Shown here: positions 13,601 to 27,411 of the stretch, piece by piece
Position numbering within the stretch: position 1 is the stretch's first letter
Layout of the letters: each line of letters opens with the position of its first letter
The notes under the pieces: model-generated
Seen by the model: the letters and a program-made list of their open reading frames with translations, nothing else
Told to the model about the DNA's origin: nothing
The model's database searches: none
Program-made: the position numbers and the translations under genes
From: Zygnema circumcarinatum SAG 698-1b
Lineage: Eukaryota; Plantae; Zygnematophyceae
Direction: 5' to 3'
Assembly (NCBI GenBank): GCA_037447605.1
Contig: CM074811.1
Span: 1,302,001-1,366,000, forward strand
Length of the DNA: 64,000 bases

Positions 13601-15777
13601 GTGTGAAAACTTGAAGTTCATATAGTTCAATCTAAAACACAAGGCTAATTCGATGATGAACACCACCAATGAAAAGAACAGTAGCCTTCTTGTGCTGCAT
13701 AGGCCCATAAAAGTGCATACAGTCAGCTACTGTCTAAATCAAGTGAACTACCTTCCCGTGGTAATGCTAAATTTCCTTAGAATCTTTACCTTGACGCCAT
13801 GGGTCTAGCTTTGTGGGGATATGGGAGCAGGAAGAGGTGCCAATAGTCAACTTTGGACCATCAGGAATTGTTCGTTGTCGCAGATGTCGGACTTACATCA
13901 ACCCTTACGTCAGCTTTACAGATGGAGGAAGACGATGGCGCTGCAATGTCTGTAACCTATTGAATGAAGGTGTGCAAGAGTAAAGGACCTTGTTTTGTTG
14001 TGTTTGCCAAGGTTTAGCGCATAAGCAGACACTAAGGCAAGATTAGTACGTTGGCAGCACGGAAGAATGAGTGTCTTGAGTAACAGGTAGTCTGAAAATC
14101 AGGGTTTCAGAAAGTTACTTTTTGGCTTCTGGTTTGTTGCATTGGTGGTGACTTAATGTTACGAGCTCTCCCAGTGAACGGCTGCTTCAAGTTGACATAC
14201 GAGTCATATAAAAACCTTTTTTAGAATCTGAAATTCAGGCTTTAGTGGGAATCCCCTGCTGACCTTCTTGTATCACTTTCCTTAGCAGTGTGCTCTTGTT
14301 TTTTGTATGCTGATTGTATGCACTCAACATTGCTGAAAGTCGGACATGTGTTGTGGGGGACAGTGCCGGTTGATTATTTTTGTGTGCTCGATGCAAATGG
14401 TCGCCGTCAAGATGCTGCTCAACGGCCGGAATTAAGCCGAGGGAGTGTTGAATTTGAAGCCCCGGCAGAGTACATGGTCCGCCCACCCATGCCTCCGGTC
14501 TACTTCTTCCTCATTGATGTCTCTTCAGCTGCAGCCAACTCCGGTATGTTGCAGGTATGTATACAACTCTTGTAGGCTTTTTTCTATCTGAGCTCGCTGG
14601 AAACTCTTCCTTAAGGTGAAGGTTAGAGCGTGCAATGCATCAGAGCGAAAGCAAGCAAATCATGAAGTCATGTGGTTTGTAAAGGTAAAGGTGAAGGTAA
14701 AGGTAAAGGCAAATGTAAAGGTAAAAGTAAAGGTAAAGGTTCACAGAAGAGAGAGAGGAAGGAGAGGGAGAGGGGGAAAAATGGTGGGGACTTTTCCTAG
14801 CAGCTTATACAGTGTGGATATACAAGCTCTGAATGGATGGTAAAGTTCAAAAATCATCAAAATCTCCTTTCTCCCCTATCTGTAAGTTTGTATGGAAGCT
14901 CCCCTATCTGTAAGTTTGTATGGAAGCACTCATCAAAATCAGAGGTTCTAATGCTTTTCGTTTCTGTTCCGAGTGCAGGTTTTGGCAGAAACAGTGAAAT
15001 CCTGTCTGGACAGACTCCCTGGCAACTCCCGAACGCAGGTTGGATTCCTAACATTCGATAGCGCTCTGCATTTCTACAATCTGAAGGCCTCCCTGAGCCA
15101 ACCCCAAATGATGGTAGTGGCCGAACTGGACGAACCCTTCCTCCCACTTCCGGACGACCTTCTCGTGAACTTGTCGGAATCGCGAGCTGTTGTGGAGGCC
15201 CTGCTCGACAACTTACCCGGAATGTTCCGCAGCAATACAAGCATAGAATCTGCTTTAGGGCCTGCATTGAAGGCTGCATACATGATCATGGTGAGTTTGA
15301 GACGTCAGAAACGGCAGATGTGTCCAGAAGGAATGTCAGAAATGTCATTTCTTTCATTCAAATGATTGCTGATTGCTCCTTCTATCACGTTTAGCTTAGC
15401 TTTGGATTACTCATCCATGGACGAGAGACTTTTCCGATTGCCTCTGTATGAAGAGAGAGGTAATGACCGCTGTTCGCGGGTCTTGGAGGGCAAACAGAAC
15501 CATGTGGGAGGCAAACTCCTTATTTTCCAAAGCATACTTCCTTCTTTGGGAGTTGGAAGATTACGTCTTCGAGGAGAAGACCCGCGGCTTTATGGCACGG
15601 ATAGGGAGCACACATTGCGCACAACAGAAGATCCGTTTTACAAAACCCTCGCAGCGGACTGCTCTAGGGTTCAGATCAGCATCAACTTCTATGGGTTTTC
15701 GGACAAATATCTAGATCTGGCATCTATAGGCAAGGATCTCTCTCTCTCTTTCTCTTTCTCTCTCTCTCTTTCTCTCG

Positions 15778-15814
<37 letters not shown>

Positions 15815-18680
15815 GCTCTCTCTCTCTCCCCCTCTCTCTCTCTCTCCCTCTCTTTCTTGCCATTTTCTGTGATGCTTAACATGAAAGTGCAATGCGAAAG
15901 AAAGTCTTACTGCGGACCAAGGGCCCTTTACAGAAGTGTCTAGTTCAGGTTGGTAGGGGGAAGAAAATTGAAAAAAAAATGGAAAATTGATGCCAAAGAT
16001 GCAAAGAATATCTGAGGTTAGCTGTGTGTCGTCCCTGTTGGGCTGCAGGGACCTTATCTAAATACACTACTGGTCAGGTGTATTACTACCCTGGTTTTCA
16101 AATAGCACGAGATGGGGAGAAGTTCAGCAAGGAGCTGGCACGGGACCTTACTCGAGATACAGGATGGGAGGCAGTCATGAGGATTCGATGTGGAAAAGGT
16201 AAAACTTTTTCTACGTTTGTTTGAGTTTGCTGGTAGCAGTGTTCAGCTCCGGCTAAGGAACTCCAAAGGTCTGTTGCTGGTCATGACAAGCACGCATTTC
16301 GCAGTTACTTTAGTTTGTTTGTCCTGTTTCCAAATGTTTAAGCTGCTTCTCAAAATTTCAAGCTCGTCATTATAATCGCACGTTTAGTGAGCATGTGTTG
16401 ACCGCTCACGATAAACAGCGCCTTTTTCTGAAGAATTTTATTTGTGCATTTTATTGCAACTGAATGCCCATTTCTCGCTTTCGAAGGCCCATGCCGCTAA
16501 AGCATAAAACATTTAGAAAGAAAGCTCGTTAAATTGTTAGCAAAAGTATCCGTGAGATGTTCTATTTCCTCCCTGTTACATGACAGTGTCCTCTCTCTCT
16601 CGGTTTGTCTCTCGTCTTCTACAGGTCTGAAGATATCAACATTCCATGGCCATTTCTTTGTCCGAAGTATCGACCTTTTGGCCCTCCCTGCGGTAGACTC
16701 TGACAAGGCCTTCGCAGTTCAGATATCGCATGAGGAGACTTTGCTTACCACTCCGAATGTCTACCTCCAATGTGCTGTGCTTTACACTTCATCTTCGGGA
16801 GAGAGACGCATTCGTGTTCACACTGTCGCGATTCCTGTTGTTGCCGACTTGGGAGAGATGTATCGTGCTGCAGATTGCGGCGCTATCGCCACTCTCCTTG
16901 GAAAACTTGGTGAGTGTGAGCCCCTTAGAACTATGTTGTAGAGTGGAGGGGCGACGGTTTGTCATGTTTGAAAGAGAGAGAGGTTACAAAAGGGTAAGTG
17001 GCTCACATGGCAGTGAAGATGTCTGTGAGATGACTGCTGTACAGAAATCGTGGTTAAGGTGAAGAGCATTTTGGTAGCCCGACTAGCTGAGAGAGGCTGT
17101 GTTAGTGGAGAGTACATTTGGAAGCCGACAGCTATTATTATTTGAATTATTTCAACGCTGATAGAGGTTAAGAGGAAGACGCCGCGAGTGGTTTTTGGGT
17201 GTTGAGAAGAACTTTGAAGTTGACATATACACACCTTGTTTCTATTAGGTGTCAAGCTATCCATGCATCAGCTGCCAGCTCGCCATCCTATCAAACTAGA
17301 ATGTTTGTAGAATCGCAATGGGTCCTGTTTAATCTAAATTTCTGTTTTCTTTTTCGATTCAGCTTTGGACAAGGCATTAACAGCTCGACTGGAGGATTCA
17401 AGGCAGCTGATTCAGCAGAAGATTATTCAGGGTCTGAAGGAGTACAAATCCCTTCACCAAGCTCAGCATCGTACTGTTGGGCGTCTCATTTACCCGGACA
17501 CCCTAAAACTCCTTCCTTTATATACTCTTGGCCTTTGCAAATCTCCTGCTCTAAACGGCGGTTTCAGTGAACTTGCACCTGATCCTCGCTCGTGGGCTAT
17601 GTATGAACTTATGAGCATGCCGGTTGCTCGAACCCTCAAACTCATATATCCTTTCCTTATACGACTCGACAATATGCCCGCTGAGGTAAAGCAGTGTACA
17701 AGGCAACCGGCAAACCTGCGAACGTTGCTGCAATGCATCAAAGCTCTGTCAGTTTAGATTCTTGATTCTTGTTTGAAATATGGTTTACCTTTGCTATTCC
17801 TTAGGAATTCAGAGTGGGCTTGCTGCCCATATGTTGATTTTTTGAGCTTGGTTGAGGATGTCAGGCTGGAAAATCGGGATCGGATGGCAAGGTAGTGCTG
17901 CCACCCGCGCTGCCACTTGTCACGTCGTCATTGGATACGAGAGGAGCGTTCTTGCTGGATGATGGGTTGCGGATGCTCGTGTGGTTGGGGAAAGAATTGC
18001 CCTCCGAATGGGAGGTTCAGCTGTTAGGCAAGGAAGGAGCAAGCATCGGGGTAAGCTTTGCACTCTCCCATTCTACCAACTGCCTTTTGTCCTCTCTTGT
18101 TTCGAAATATTCCAAACTATTAATGATGAACTGCATGGCATGAACTGCATGAACTGCATGAACTCATATGATGTATCATGCTGGCTATATAATTGTTGAG
18201 ATATCGAGACATTCAGAATTCAAGGTTATTTTTAAAACATGTTCAAAATTTTATGAGTTAAGCTTATATGGGTATGGGGTAAAGGGTAAGTAGCACCACC
18301 AAGAAGTCCCGTAAAGTCACTTGAACTCTTAAGTCACATGATGATGTTTTTTCCAACTGACTGTTTCAGAGTCAACGGTGCAGGATGTAAGGTCTGGATT
18401 CGATGTATCTGTGGGCTTACTTTTGAACTGCTACGTTGCTTCTCTACCACTTTTGCAGACTTCAATAGCTCCAACTGGAAGCGACATCTCTGGGCGAGTA
18501 ATGGCCATAGTAGAAGAGCTTCGGAGGGGGAATGGAGTGCACCAGCAGGTGGTAGTGACCCGGCCAGGGGACTTTTACGAACCCTTCTTTTTCCAGGGCC
18601 TAATCGAGGAGAGAGGGCAAGGCAGTATGAGCTACGGAGACTTTGTTGTAATGGTGTACCGCCAGCTGCAACAAAAATAG
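10670..18680 (+). CDS. SEC24: COPII coat subunit SEC24 (SEC24A-like), multi-exon
   Basis: Exon 1 (10670-10745, MQPGRAAQ...) joins in phase 1 to a Pro-rich exon with [15 protein letters not shown]. Zn finger [10 protein letters not shown]...WRCNVC (13831-13969), trunk YFFLIDVS and [24 protein letters not shown], gelsolin-like C-terminus. Confidence 0.95.
14684..14740. repeat. (AAGGTA)n-like microsatellite in a SEC24 intron
   Basis: Degenerate AAGGTA/AAGGTG tandem; source of the spurious VKVKVK ORF. Confidence 0.7.
15737..15858. repeat. (CT)n microsatellite in a SEC24 intron
   Basis: Imperfect CT dinucleotide run just after a GC splice donor. Confidence 0.85.
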
Positions 18681-20270
18681 AGAGGGAGAGCGACTTTCAT
18701 TTGTTTCTTTTTAAAATAATTGGGGCTACTTTCCTTTCTTTCTCCTCGGAAAATATTGTCAGAAACAGGCTCTCTTGCCTGTTTTGTAGGGGATCTTTGC
18801 TTCCCCCGTTTCAATCAGTGACGGCAGGGGACGGAAGGGAGAGAGAGAGTGAGAAAGAAAAGCTCTGGGCTCAAATCTTTGCAGGAGAGGGGAACCTCCC
18901 TGGCTTGGCTGATCAAGAGGGAGAGCAACGGGAGAGGACGGATTTGAGGAATGAGCGATAGGTGGAGGGAGAGAGATAGCAACTTTCTGATTTCCCTTTC
19001 TGATTTAGCCGCCTTTTGTCCCGGGGAGTTCCTAGTGGTGCTCGGAGGGCTTGTTTCTGCTAGAGGAGTTTCTGAAGGGGCCCATTTTGGAAGTAGTGTG
19101 ATATCTTTTTCTTAGCGCCAGAGCCTGTGAAGGTTGGGAGAGAGATGGAGAGGAAGGAGGATGGGGGGAGGGGAGTGGTATATAGTGAATTCGGTAGATT
19201 ATGGCTCGCAGCTGCTCAGAGGGTCGTCCTGGTCTAATCCATAGAACGGTCGTTTCATGCGTTAGTCCAACGTTTAGGCCTTGTTGTTCGTTCCTCAATC
19301 TGAATATTGAAAGGGAGGTCTGTAGAGGGACCGCTTTTTCATGCCACATTTTCCACCTTTGCTCTTTGTTAAAAGATTAGAAGCTTCATTTTGCGTTTCC
19401 CAAAAAAATGCGAACACGTGAAGTGCTTCTAGTGGTTTTGTCCCGTTGGTTTTAGGCGGCTCGCTGCTCTCCTTTTTCCTTTCCGGCTCCCTTGCGAGAG
19501 ACCTTTCTACCGTCGTCCAGATCTTAAAATGAAGGCCAATAGCTTGTCTTGCGCCTTTGCTCTTATGTTTTGGGTCACTCGAGAATCTTCAGATGGCGAA
19601 TCGATAAGTACACAATTCTGAGATCAGTACCTTGTCGTGTCGAAGCATCTTCCAGTCACTGTATATTTGACAAAGAAGCCTTTAAATGCCCCATAGCGCC
19701 ACGATTTGTGTTTGAAGCAGTCTTTGGAGACAAGATGACAAGAAAAGGGGGGGAAAAGGCCCGGCGTCTCCGAGCAGGGGTGCTCCATGCAAGGTACAAA
19801 TGTGCAAGCAAGAGGAGGCAGGCATACCAACGCGTGCTTGCTCATATTAAATTCTATACAAATTACACTAAAAAATCAGTTACACATGTGACTTTCTAGC
19901 ACTTTCCAGCCTCCAACCAGCCATTTCGATGCGAGCAGCCTCGCGCGGCAAGCATCACATAAAAAACGCGCGAAACAGCTACATTGGGCATAAATGGACG
20001 ATTTCGAATCCTATGTGCCTGGACGGCGTCTGGCCGGTCAGGCCTCTAGTGCCCAATGCTGAGGTGGCACGCAGTGGCTTCTGTGAATTACAAATTCTGA
20101 ACTTGGTGCTGATTATCCAATGTGTGGTCACCCCCCTTGGGCTGCCAAGCATGGAGAAAAGTGCACCAATAGAGAGTAATTTGTTTACACTCATTTTGTT
20201 AATAAGCAGAGAGATGTTGAGTCATAGAGGAAGGCTCAGCTTGAGGAAGGTGCAGAGTGGCTGCAGCCGG

Positions 20271-23200
20271 TCAAGCGGCATCTTTAGTCTCCGACGTGCG
20301 GTAGCCCCACGGGTTTTTACTCGCCCAGTTCCACTGGTCACGGCACATCTCATCGATGTTGTACTTACCTCTGTATGGCACGGGGGGCAATGCGTAGTGA
20401 GAAGAGGACGAGGGGGAGTGGGGAGGGGGGAGGGGGGAGGGGGGGAGGGGGAGGGGAGGGGAGGGGAGGGGGAGGGGGGAGGGGGAGGGGAGGGGGAGGG
20501 GGAGGGGAGGGGGGAGGAGGGAGGGGGAGGGGGAGGGGAGGGGGAGGGGGGGAGGGGAGGAGGGGGAGGGGGAGGGGGGAGGGGGGAGGGGGAGGGGGAG
20601 GGGGAGGGGGAGGGGGAGGGGGGGGAGGGGGGGAGGGGGGAGGGGGAGGGGGGAGGGGAGGGGGAGGGGGAGGGGGGAGGGGAGAGGGGGGGAGGGGGAG
20701 GGGGGAGGGGGAGGGGGGAGGGGGGGAGGGGGAGGGGGAGGGGGAGGGGGGGAGGGGGAGGGGGGAGGGGGGAGGGGGGGAGGGGAGGGGGGAGGAGGGA
20801 GGGGGGAGGGGGAGGGGAGGGGGAGGGGAGGAGGGGGAGGGGGAGGGGAGGGGGGGAGGGGGAGGGGAGGGGAGGGGGAGGGGAGGGGAGGGGAGGGGGG
20901 GAGGGGGAGGGGGAGGGGGAGGGGAGGGGGAGGGGGAGGGGAGGGGAGGGGGGAGGGGAGGGGGGGGAGGGGGGGAGGGGGGGAGGGGGAGGGGGAGGGG
21001 GGAGGGGGAGGGGGAGGAGGGGGAGGGGGGAGGGGGAGGGGGAGGGGGAGGGGAGAGGGGGAGGGGGGGAGGGGGGGGGAGGGGGGGAGGGGAGGGGGAG
21101 GGGGGGAGGGGGGAGGGGGGAGGGGGGAGGGGGGAGGGGGGGAGGGGGGGAGGGGGGAGGGGGGGAGGGGGAGGGGGGAGGGGGGAGGGGGAGGGGGAGG
21201 GGAGGGGGGAGGGGGGAGGGGGGGAGGGGGAGGGGAGGGGGAGGGGAGGGGAGGGGAGGGGAGGGGGAGGGGGGGGAGGGGAGGGGGAGGGGGAGGGGGG
21301 AGGGGGAGGGGGAGGGGGGGAGGGGGGAGGGGGAGGGGAGGGGAGGGGGAGGGGGAGGGGGAGGGGGGAGGGGAGGGGGGGAGGGGGAGGGGGGAGGGGA
21401 GGGGGGAGGGGGGGAGGGGAGGGGGAGGGGGGGAGGGGAGGGGAGGGGTGGGAGGGGAGGGGGAGGGGGGGAGGGGAGAGGGGGAGGGGGAGGGGGAGGG
21501 GGAGGGGGGGAGGGGAGGGGGAGGGGGAGGGGAGAGGGGGGAGGGGGGAGGGGGAGGGGAAGGGGAGGGGGGAGGGGGGAGGGGGAGGGGAGGGGTCACC
21601 ACACCCAATGCAACTCTCTCCGGGCTTTCTCTGTCGAAGCGAAAACTTCACTTGCATCACCCGGCCTCCTTGCAGCAAACTTCAACGGAATTTTCTGCAG
21701 TGACAGGCCAAGAGTGTTATCCTATCCCTCCACAGAAAGGCAAGGCTGACAAAACATGCGCACAAGGAAGAACGCTTCAATTGCAAGCATCCCAATCGCA
21801 ACGAGCAGATATCAGGAAGCAGCAGAAGACTACAGAATACCGCACAACTCCAAGAAAGAGCCGTCTGGTGGGCCACTTTTCTATCCTGCTCTACTTTTGG
21901 CTTCCACATCATAACCAGCAAATTTTGCATAGCTGAATCCTTTGGACATACGCCATACCATGCCTTTGGATGAGGCAAACGATTTTCATGCCCATGGTAA
22001 GTGAAAAAACAAGCATCACAGGGGCATGTACGGAACTGAAGCGTTTCAGATAAAGATTAAAGCACTGGAATCAAATCGCACCCCATCCTCATCTTCACTG
22101 ACAATGAAGCCTGACCAAGAGTTAGCCATAACGTCCCCGGGAAAGGAGACCGACCTTCCCACACGCCTTCTCAAAAGCAGCCACCATCTCCAAAACCGTG
22201 GTGCCTTTCCCATTCCCCAAGTTGTATACCGAACATGCTGCAAAGATGCAAGACTGCCCCTTTAGCATTCTGCTGTCTAAGAAGTTAGGAGACACTTTGC
22301 CACACTATCTGCAATGTGATCCTGAGACGAAAGGACAGGGAGACCGTTGTGTGATTCGAGTTAACCCAACTCAAAATTTTCCGGTTTGACATTCTCTCAG
22401 GAAGGTGACAGCTTGAGAAAATCTCGACCAACTACAGGTGATAGAAGGGGCAGAAAGAGCATTGAGGAGTACGGGGAAAGGAGTTGCAGGTGAAAGTGGC
22501 GAAAAGTGAGAGAGAGTGGAGACATAGAACGATTGAATTCTCAGGAGAAATTCCAACTGCAATGCAAGCATTCACCATTCTCCTCCCCCCTTCTCAAACC
22601 GGAAACCAGCACATGGTGTGTACTGTCATCTGGTACATACTTTTGGCCACCTTTCAATAAGGATCTCTTGGTTAATAGTTTATTCCAATTTGTCCCCTAA
22701 TGCTGAGGCCAAGGGCAAACTTTAAACATGTCCCAAAAATAGCTGCACACACCTTTATCCCCAGTTCTGGAAAGCTTCCTGAGAGCTGCCACGTGTCCTG
22801 ACGCCAAGTCCATCACATGAATGTAATCACGGACCTGCCAACACAGTCCATATCGTAAAACTTCCTTCGGGTAAAAACGCAAATGAAGCTAAAACGGTAC
22901 ATGGTTCAACAAGCACGTCCAGAGAGATAGACCTACATTCTCAGTTTGCGGTTTCTTGGCCATTTTCAAGTCCTACCTACGACGTACGTTAGAAGGAAAG
23001 AAACCGACTAATATTTTTTATATGTCCGCTACTCTATGTAATCATCGACTGAAGGGGGTGCAGTTATGCGGTGGCATATCGGTTCGAAAAGGATTATGAA
23101 TAAGAAATATGTGTTTTCAGCATAATCAATCTCCCAATCTATTGCTGAGACATGCCTACTGTTCTCTTCTGCTCACTGTCCATGCTGCAGGTATTTAGAA

Positions 23201-25601
23201 ACGGAGTTATATGTTGATGGAATGTTCTGAAGAGTTGACTTCTAACGTGATTCCGCATTCAAGTACCATGGAGGAGGGTGGGGGAATCGAGGTCGAGGTT
23301 TGCAAATCGCCCTTTTGAGCTATTAAGTACAGAGACTTTCCTTCATTTTTATTTTATTTTATTTTAATTTTCCCAAAATTAAGGCCGACACCGACATCGC
23401 ACCGGGAAAAAATCATGCCACGCAATCCCTCCCACTTGTCTCTCTCTCTATGTGACTCTCAAAATGATGAGTCCCGACCTTCAACGTTTGTGAAACTCTT
23501 CACTTCCTTCAAACACTTGCCAAGTTTACACCCATTAAGGTACAGCAAGATACAAGAATCCAACCACCTCTATTCCAAACCTAGCTTACTAAAGTGGGGA
23601 CTCACCCCGGTTCCGTCCCTTGTGCTGTAGTCTGTACCAAAAACAGTGAGCTCTTTAATCCGACCCACCACCACCTGCTGGATGAATGGCATCAAGTTGT
23701 TTGGAATTCCCACAGGGTCTTCCCCCAACAAGCCGCTCGGGTGAGCACCCACAGGGTTGAAGTAGCGGAGCAGTACAATGTTCCAAGAGGGGTCTGACAC
23801 GTGCAGGTCTTTCAGCATCTCTTCGACAAAGAGCTGCAAGAAGGGAATCACAAAGTCGATCGATCAGCAGATCACCAGCAGTTTTTTGAAGCAAAGTCGG
23901 AAAAAGAGACTTTTCTTGATCCTGCTGTAGGAAGTTGAGACTGGAATAGAGGAGGAGTTTGCAAGGCTCTAAATGAATGCTCCTTTTGTTGTTTTTTTAC
24001 CTTCGTTCGTCCATACGGATTTAGTGCTTGAAGAGGTGAGTCTTCGCAGCACGGTACTGATTTTGGCTGGCCGTAAACAGTGGCTGACGAGGAGAACACT
24101 AGCTGCACGGACACGTTTCCCATGTTGGAAAGGAGGGGAGAGTAGGGAAAAGAAGAGAAGAGAGAGTGGAGGCTGGAGAGTACAGATACGACATAAGACT
24201 ATTCCACTCACGGGAATCATCACCAACTTGTTTGTACAATGTAACCGCATACCTATAAAGGCTTGGTGCTGTGTTTGTTATTAAAAAGTGGCTCTGAAAA
24301 CAGAGCAGGCAACGGGGACGAGAAGGGGAAGGAACGGCAAGAAATGAAGATTTTCAGATAGCCAGCTCTACTATTTCTACTATTTCTTTTTTTTTTTCTA
24401 TTTCTATTTTTTTACGGCCCACCTTCTTGCAGTTATGCTCGGCCATAAGCTCCACCAGGTTCAAAGTCCCCGCCATATTGTTCCGGTAATACCAGAGAGG
24501 CTTCCTCACGCTCTCTCCCACTGCCTTCAGACCCGCAAAGTGAATGACAGCTTCGAACCTGCTCCCCATTTCATTTTTTTTCCCCATCACACGTCATAAC
24601 CAATATTCCTCACAGCTTCCTCTCCATTACGCTCTGCCTCTAAGAAGCTAATGTGAATTGGAAGGCAAAAATTTGAGATCATCGCCTATAACAACAGATG
24701 GCGGGGGATTTCCTAGCGTGAGCAAGTTGAGCATGCTTTCTGCATAGCGTTGAAGGCATTCGAGGTGAGATCATTCAGGATGAAAAATTTTTAAGCTATC
24801 CTCGAGCTGGAGATCAGCGAAAGGGCTCCCGGGAAACCACTCACTCGTACTGCGCAAAAACCTTTGCCAATTCTTCTTTGTCACAAAGGTCAACCTGCAC
24901 GAGACAGACCATGCAGCCTCAATCCCTAAAAATCTAGATTTCAGAAATGGAGATGACACATTAAGTGCAGTGAATGATTTTTTTTATTTTTTTAACATGT
25001 GAGTATTTAGCCCTAGGTTTTTTTTGCATTTAAAACAGCACTAACGTTATGAAATGCCAAATTGGAACCGTTTTCTCCCGCAAGCTCTGCCACTCTCCGC
25101 AGCGCTTCTTCAGAGGAGTTCTCAAGATTATCCACAATAACGACCCTGAACAGGTTGAAAAAAAAAAGGAGAGAGAGGAGGAGAACGGAAGCGTTAGAAT
25201 GGTCGATCTGCAAGTCGCCATCAAACTATACGAAAGGTGGCAGAGTCAAATCAAGCAGTCAAAGGAGCATCAGATCTACTAAAGTAGCAGAGTTCTTTTG
25301 GCAGGATCCAGGGCTTCAATAAAGTATGTGCATTCAGATGTCAATGCAAGCAAACTTGCTCCGATCGATCTTGACGATACCTGTATTCATCATCCAAGAG
25401 CTGCAGAACCGTGTGACTTCCAATGAATCCTGCACCGCCAGTCACAAGAATGTTGCTATGCAGATGGACGCCATTGGCAGCAGCGCCTCCTCCATGGCCA
25501 TTCACAGATCTGATCAGATCTTCCATGCCTTTCCCTTCTCCAAAAATCTCAACTGCTCCATCGCTCATCTCTTTCATTTGTTCTCTGATCTCAACAACCA
25601 T
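20271..25601 (-). CDS. UGE: UDP-glucose 4-epimerase (multi-exon)
   Basis: [44 protein letters not shown] (YxxxK), [38 protein letters not shown], last exon [17 protein letters not shown]. Start could be 25601 or a downstream in-frame ATG. Confidence 0.95.
20410..21595. repeat. ~1.2 kb G/A tract, (G3-8 A)n, filling the last UGE intron (20371-21602)
   Basis: Only G and A on + apart from about two T; flanked by the UGE donor (HWV|gt) and acceptor (ag|GKYNID). Confidence 0.9.
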
Positions 25602-25779
25602 TCGAGCGTTAGCTCCCCTTCCAAAACCAATCCAAAGCCGTCTCGTTCTCTTTCAAATGTCTCCTCAAACCTCACCACCAAACCGCCATCAAATCCGCTC
25701 TATCTCCCGCATTCAACCCTCTCCCTTCCTTTCCCCTTTCTATTCTCCTTGCAACTCCCTCCACTGACCTGATTCTAAG

Positions 25780-25940
25780 CCCCCCTCTTCTTCTCTCCCT
25801 CCCTCACTACTTCCCCCTTCCTCGCTCCCTCTCGCCCTCCCTCTCCCTCTCTCCCTCTCTCCCTCTCTCCCTCTCTCCCTCTCTCCCTCTCTCCCTCTCC
25901 CTCTCCCTCTCCCTGTCCCTCTCCCTCTCCCTCTCCCTCC
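25780..25940. repeat. C/T tract, (CTCTCC)n-like; GA-rich on the UGE sense strand, upstream of UGE
   Basis: Read directly from the sequence. Confidence 0.85.
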
Positions 25941-26145
25941 ATCCCTGTCTGTAGGGCCGCGCGGATCTGGGAGCCTCCCTGCGGATCCCTCCCGCTGGCC
26001 AGGGCCGCCACGTGGCGCCCCGCCACTTGCTACCCCCGTAACCGTTCCATGCTAGCAGATCCGCGTTCCGTTTCCCACGGACGCGTTTGTACGCTACCCG
26101 TACGGCGGATCGCGCCGCCGACACGCTTTACTGCCCAGTTTGACA

Positions 26146-26164
26146 CGTGGCAAAACCCGATTGG
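26146..26164 (-). promoter_or_regulatory. CCAAT-N9-CCACG (ERSE-type CCAAT + G-box) motif upstream of UGE
   Basis: + strand CGTGG-CAAAACCCG-ATTGG. Function is inferred. Confidence 0.5.
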
Positions 26165-26569
26165 CTTCCGCGGCTAGCTCAGGTCAGTGGGAATCGTGAT
26201 CGGTCAGGGCGGCAGGGCCAGCAGAGCCAGGAGGGGCCGAAACGATACCGTACGGCACGGCGCAAGGGCCAACCGTTGGATCGGTCGCCGGAATGCTTGC
26301 GGACCGTCGATTGGGGCCCAGCCAGCCATTGGCAATGAATGGCAACTATTGGACGGTCAACCATTGAAAAAGAATACCATTGGCGAGCAATATGCAATGG
26401 TTGGCGATCCAATCTGCGCGCCGTGCGGGCAGGCCCGAGTCCTAAAATGTTTTTTTCTTTCTGCCCGCCGGCGTGGCCGCGGACACGTGACGGCGCTGAG
26501 GTCAGCGCCCAGGGTGGCGTCATGATGGCGTACCGTCTATAACAGCGTCCCCGGCCGGCGTCCGTGGCG

Positions 26570-26643
26570 TCCGTCAGTCCGTCCGTCCGTCCCGTCCTCC
26601 CGTCCCGTCCTCCCGTCCCGTCCGTCCGTCCGTCCGTCCGTCC
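26570..26643. repeat. (CCGT)n microsatellite
   Basis: Tandem CCGT/CCCGT units. Confidence 0.8.
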
Positions 26644-27411
26644 CCTAAGCAGCGCCGGCTGCTTTGAGGGCCGCGTTAGTGGCCGGTCCCCCCCCTGCCC
26701 CGGGCCGGGGTCCCGCCCGGCAGGTACCGTCGAGCCTTTCTTTTTCTTTATGGGTCGGTACGAACGTTCGACAAGGGGTCCCTTCCAGGTCCTGTTCGTT
26801 CCACGTTCGCCCTTCGGCATGTCCATGTCCATTTGATTGCGTCGCCTCTCGCCTGCGGGAGACTAGTCCAGGCCAGCTCAGTCCAGGCCAACCGCATTGC
26901 TGCAGACTCTGTATCAGTACTACTGGGCAGTGGCAGCGGCCTGTGCCGCCCTCACGAGATGCGCAAAAACTTGAACGTTATCGCCTCTGGAGGCTGCGCT
27001 TGTTGCCACTTTAGGCGCGCGCATGCTCCTGTCGTTTACTTGTGTTCTCGCATCGGAATGAAAAACACAGTTGAGGACTACGCGTGCCATCCATCACTCA
27101 TCGATGCCGGCTTGGCAGTGCTCATCCGACGTATTCTAAGGGGACTATACGTTTACGGAAGGAAGCTACTGCAGCCAAATGTGAGTTTTGAATTGCTCTA
27201 GTATTCGATTGAATCAATTCGCGGAAACGTAGAACTCGGCTTTGGTCTGCTGAACATTTGGTAAAACAAAAACTCTAAATGCGTGTTAAAATGCACTAAC
27301 ATAGTTGTCCCGACTATAGAATTAAGAATATGAACTTATTTTAAGAGTTCAATTGGTCGTAATGTTCACTCCAGACTCCCATGCCCCCCCGGAAACAAAC
27401 CGCTTCAGTTT

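Noticed and set aside
14871-14926. 28-bp tandem duplication and other short intronic or intergenic repeats (10018-10080, 18128-18165, 38395-38435)
   Set aside because: Ordinary slippage repeats with no further structure.
19549-19899. 116-aa ORF between the convergent SEC24 and UGE genes
   Set aside because: Non-ATG start, no recognisable motif, no supporting gene structure.
19929-21749. Long Gly/Arg/Glu-rich and extensin-like Pro-rich ORFs on both strands
   Set aside because: Artefacts of a G/A-only tract that cannot encode stops. The tract lies inside a UGE intron, and retaining it gives an immediate TGA in the UGE frame.
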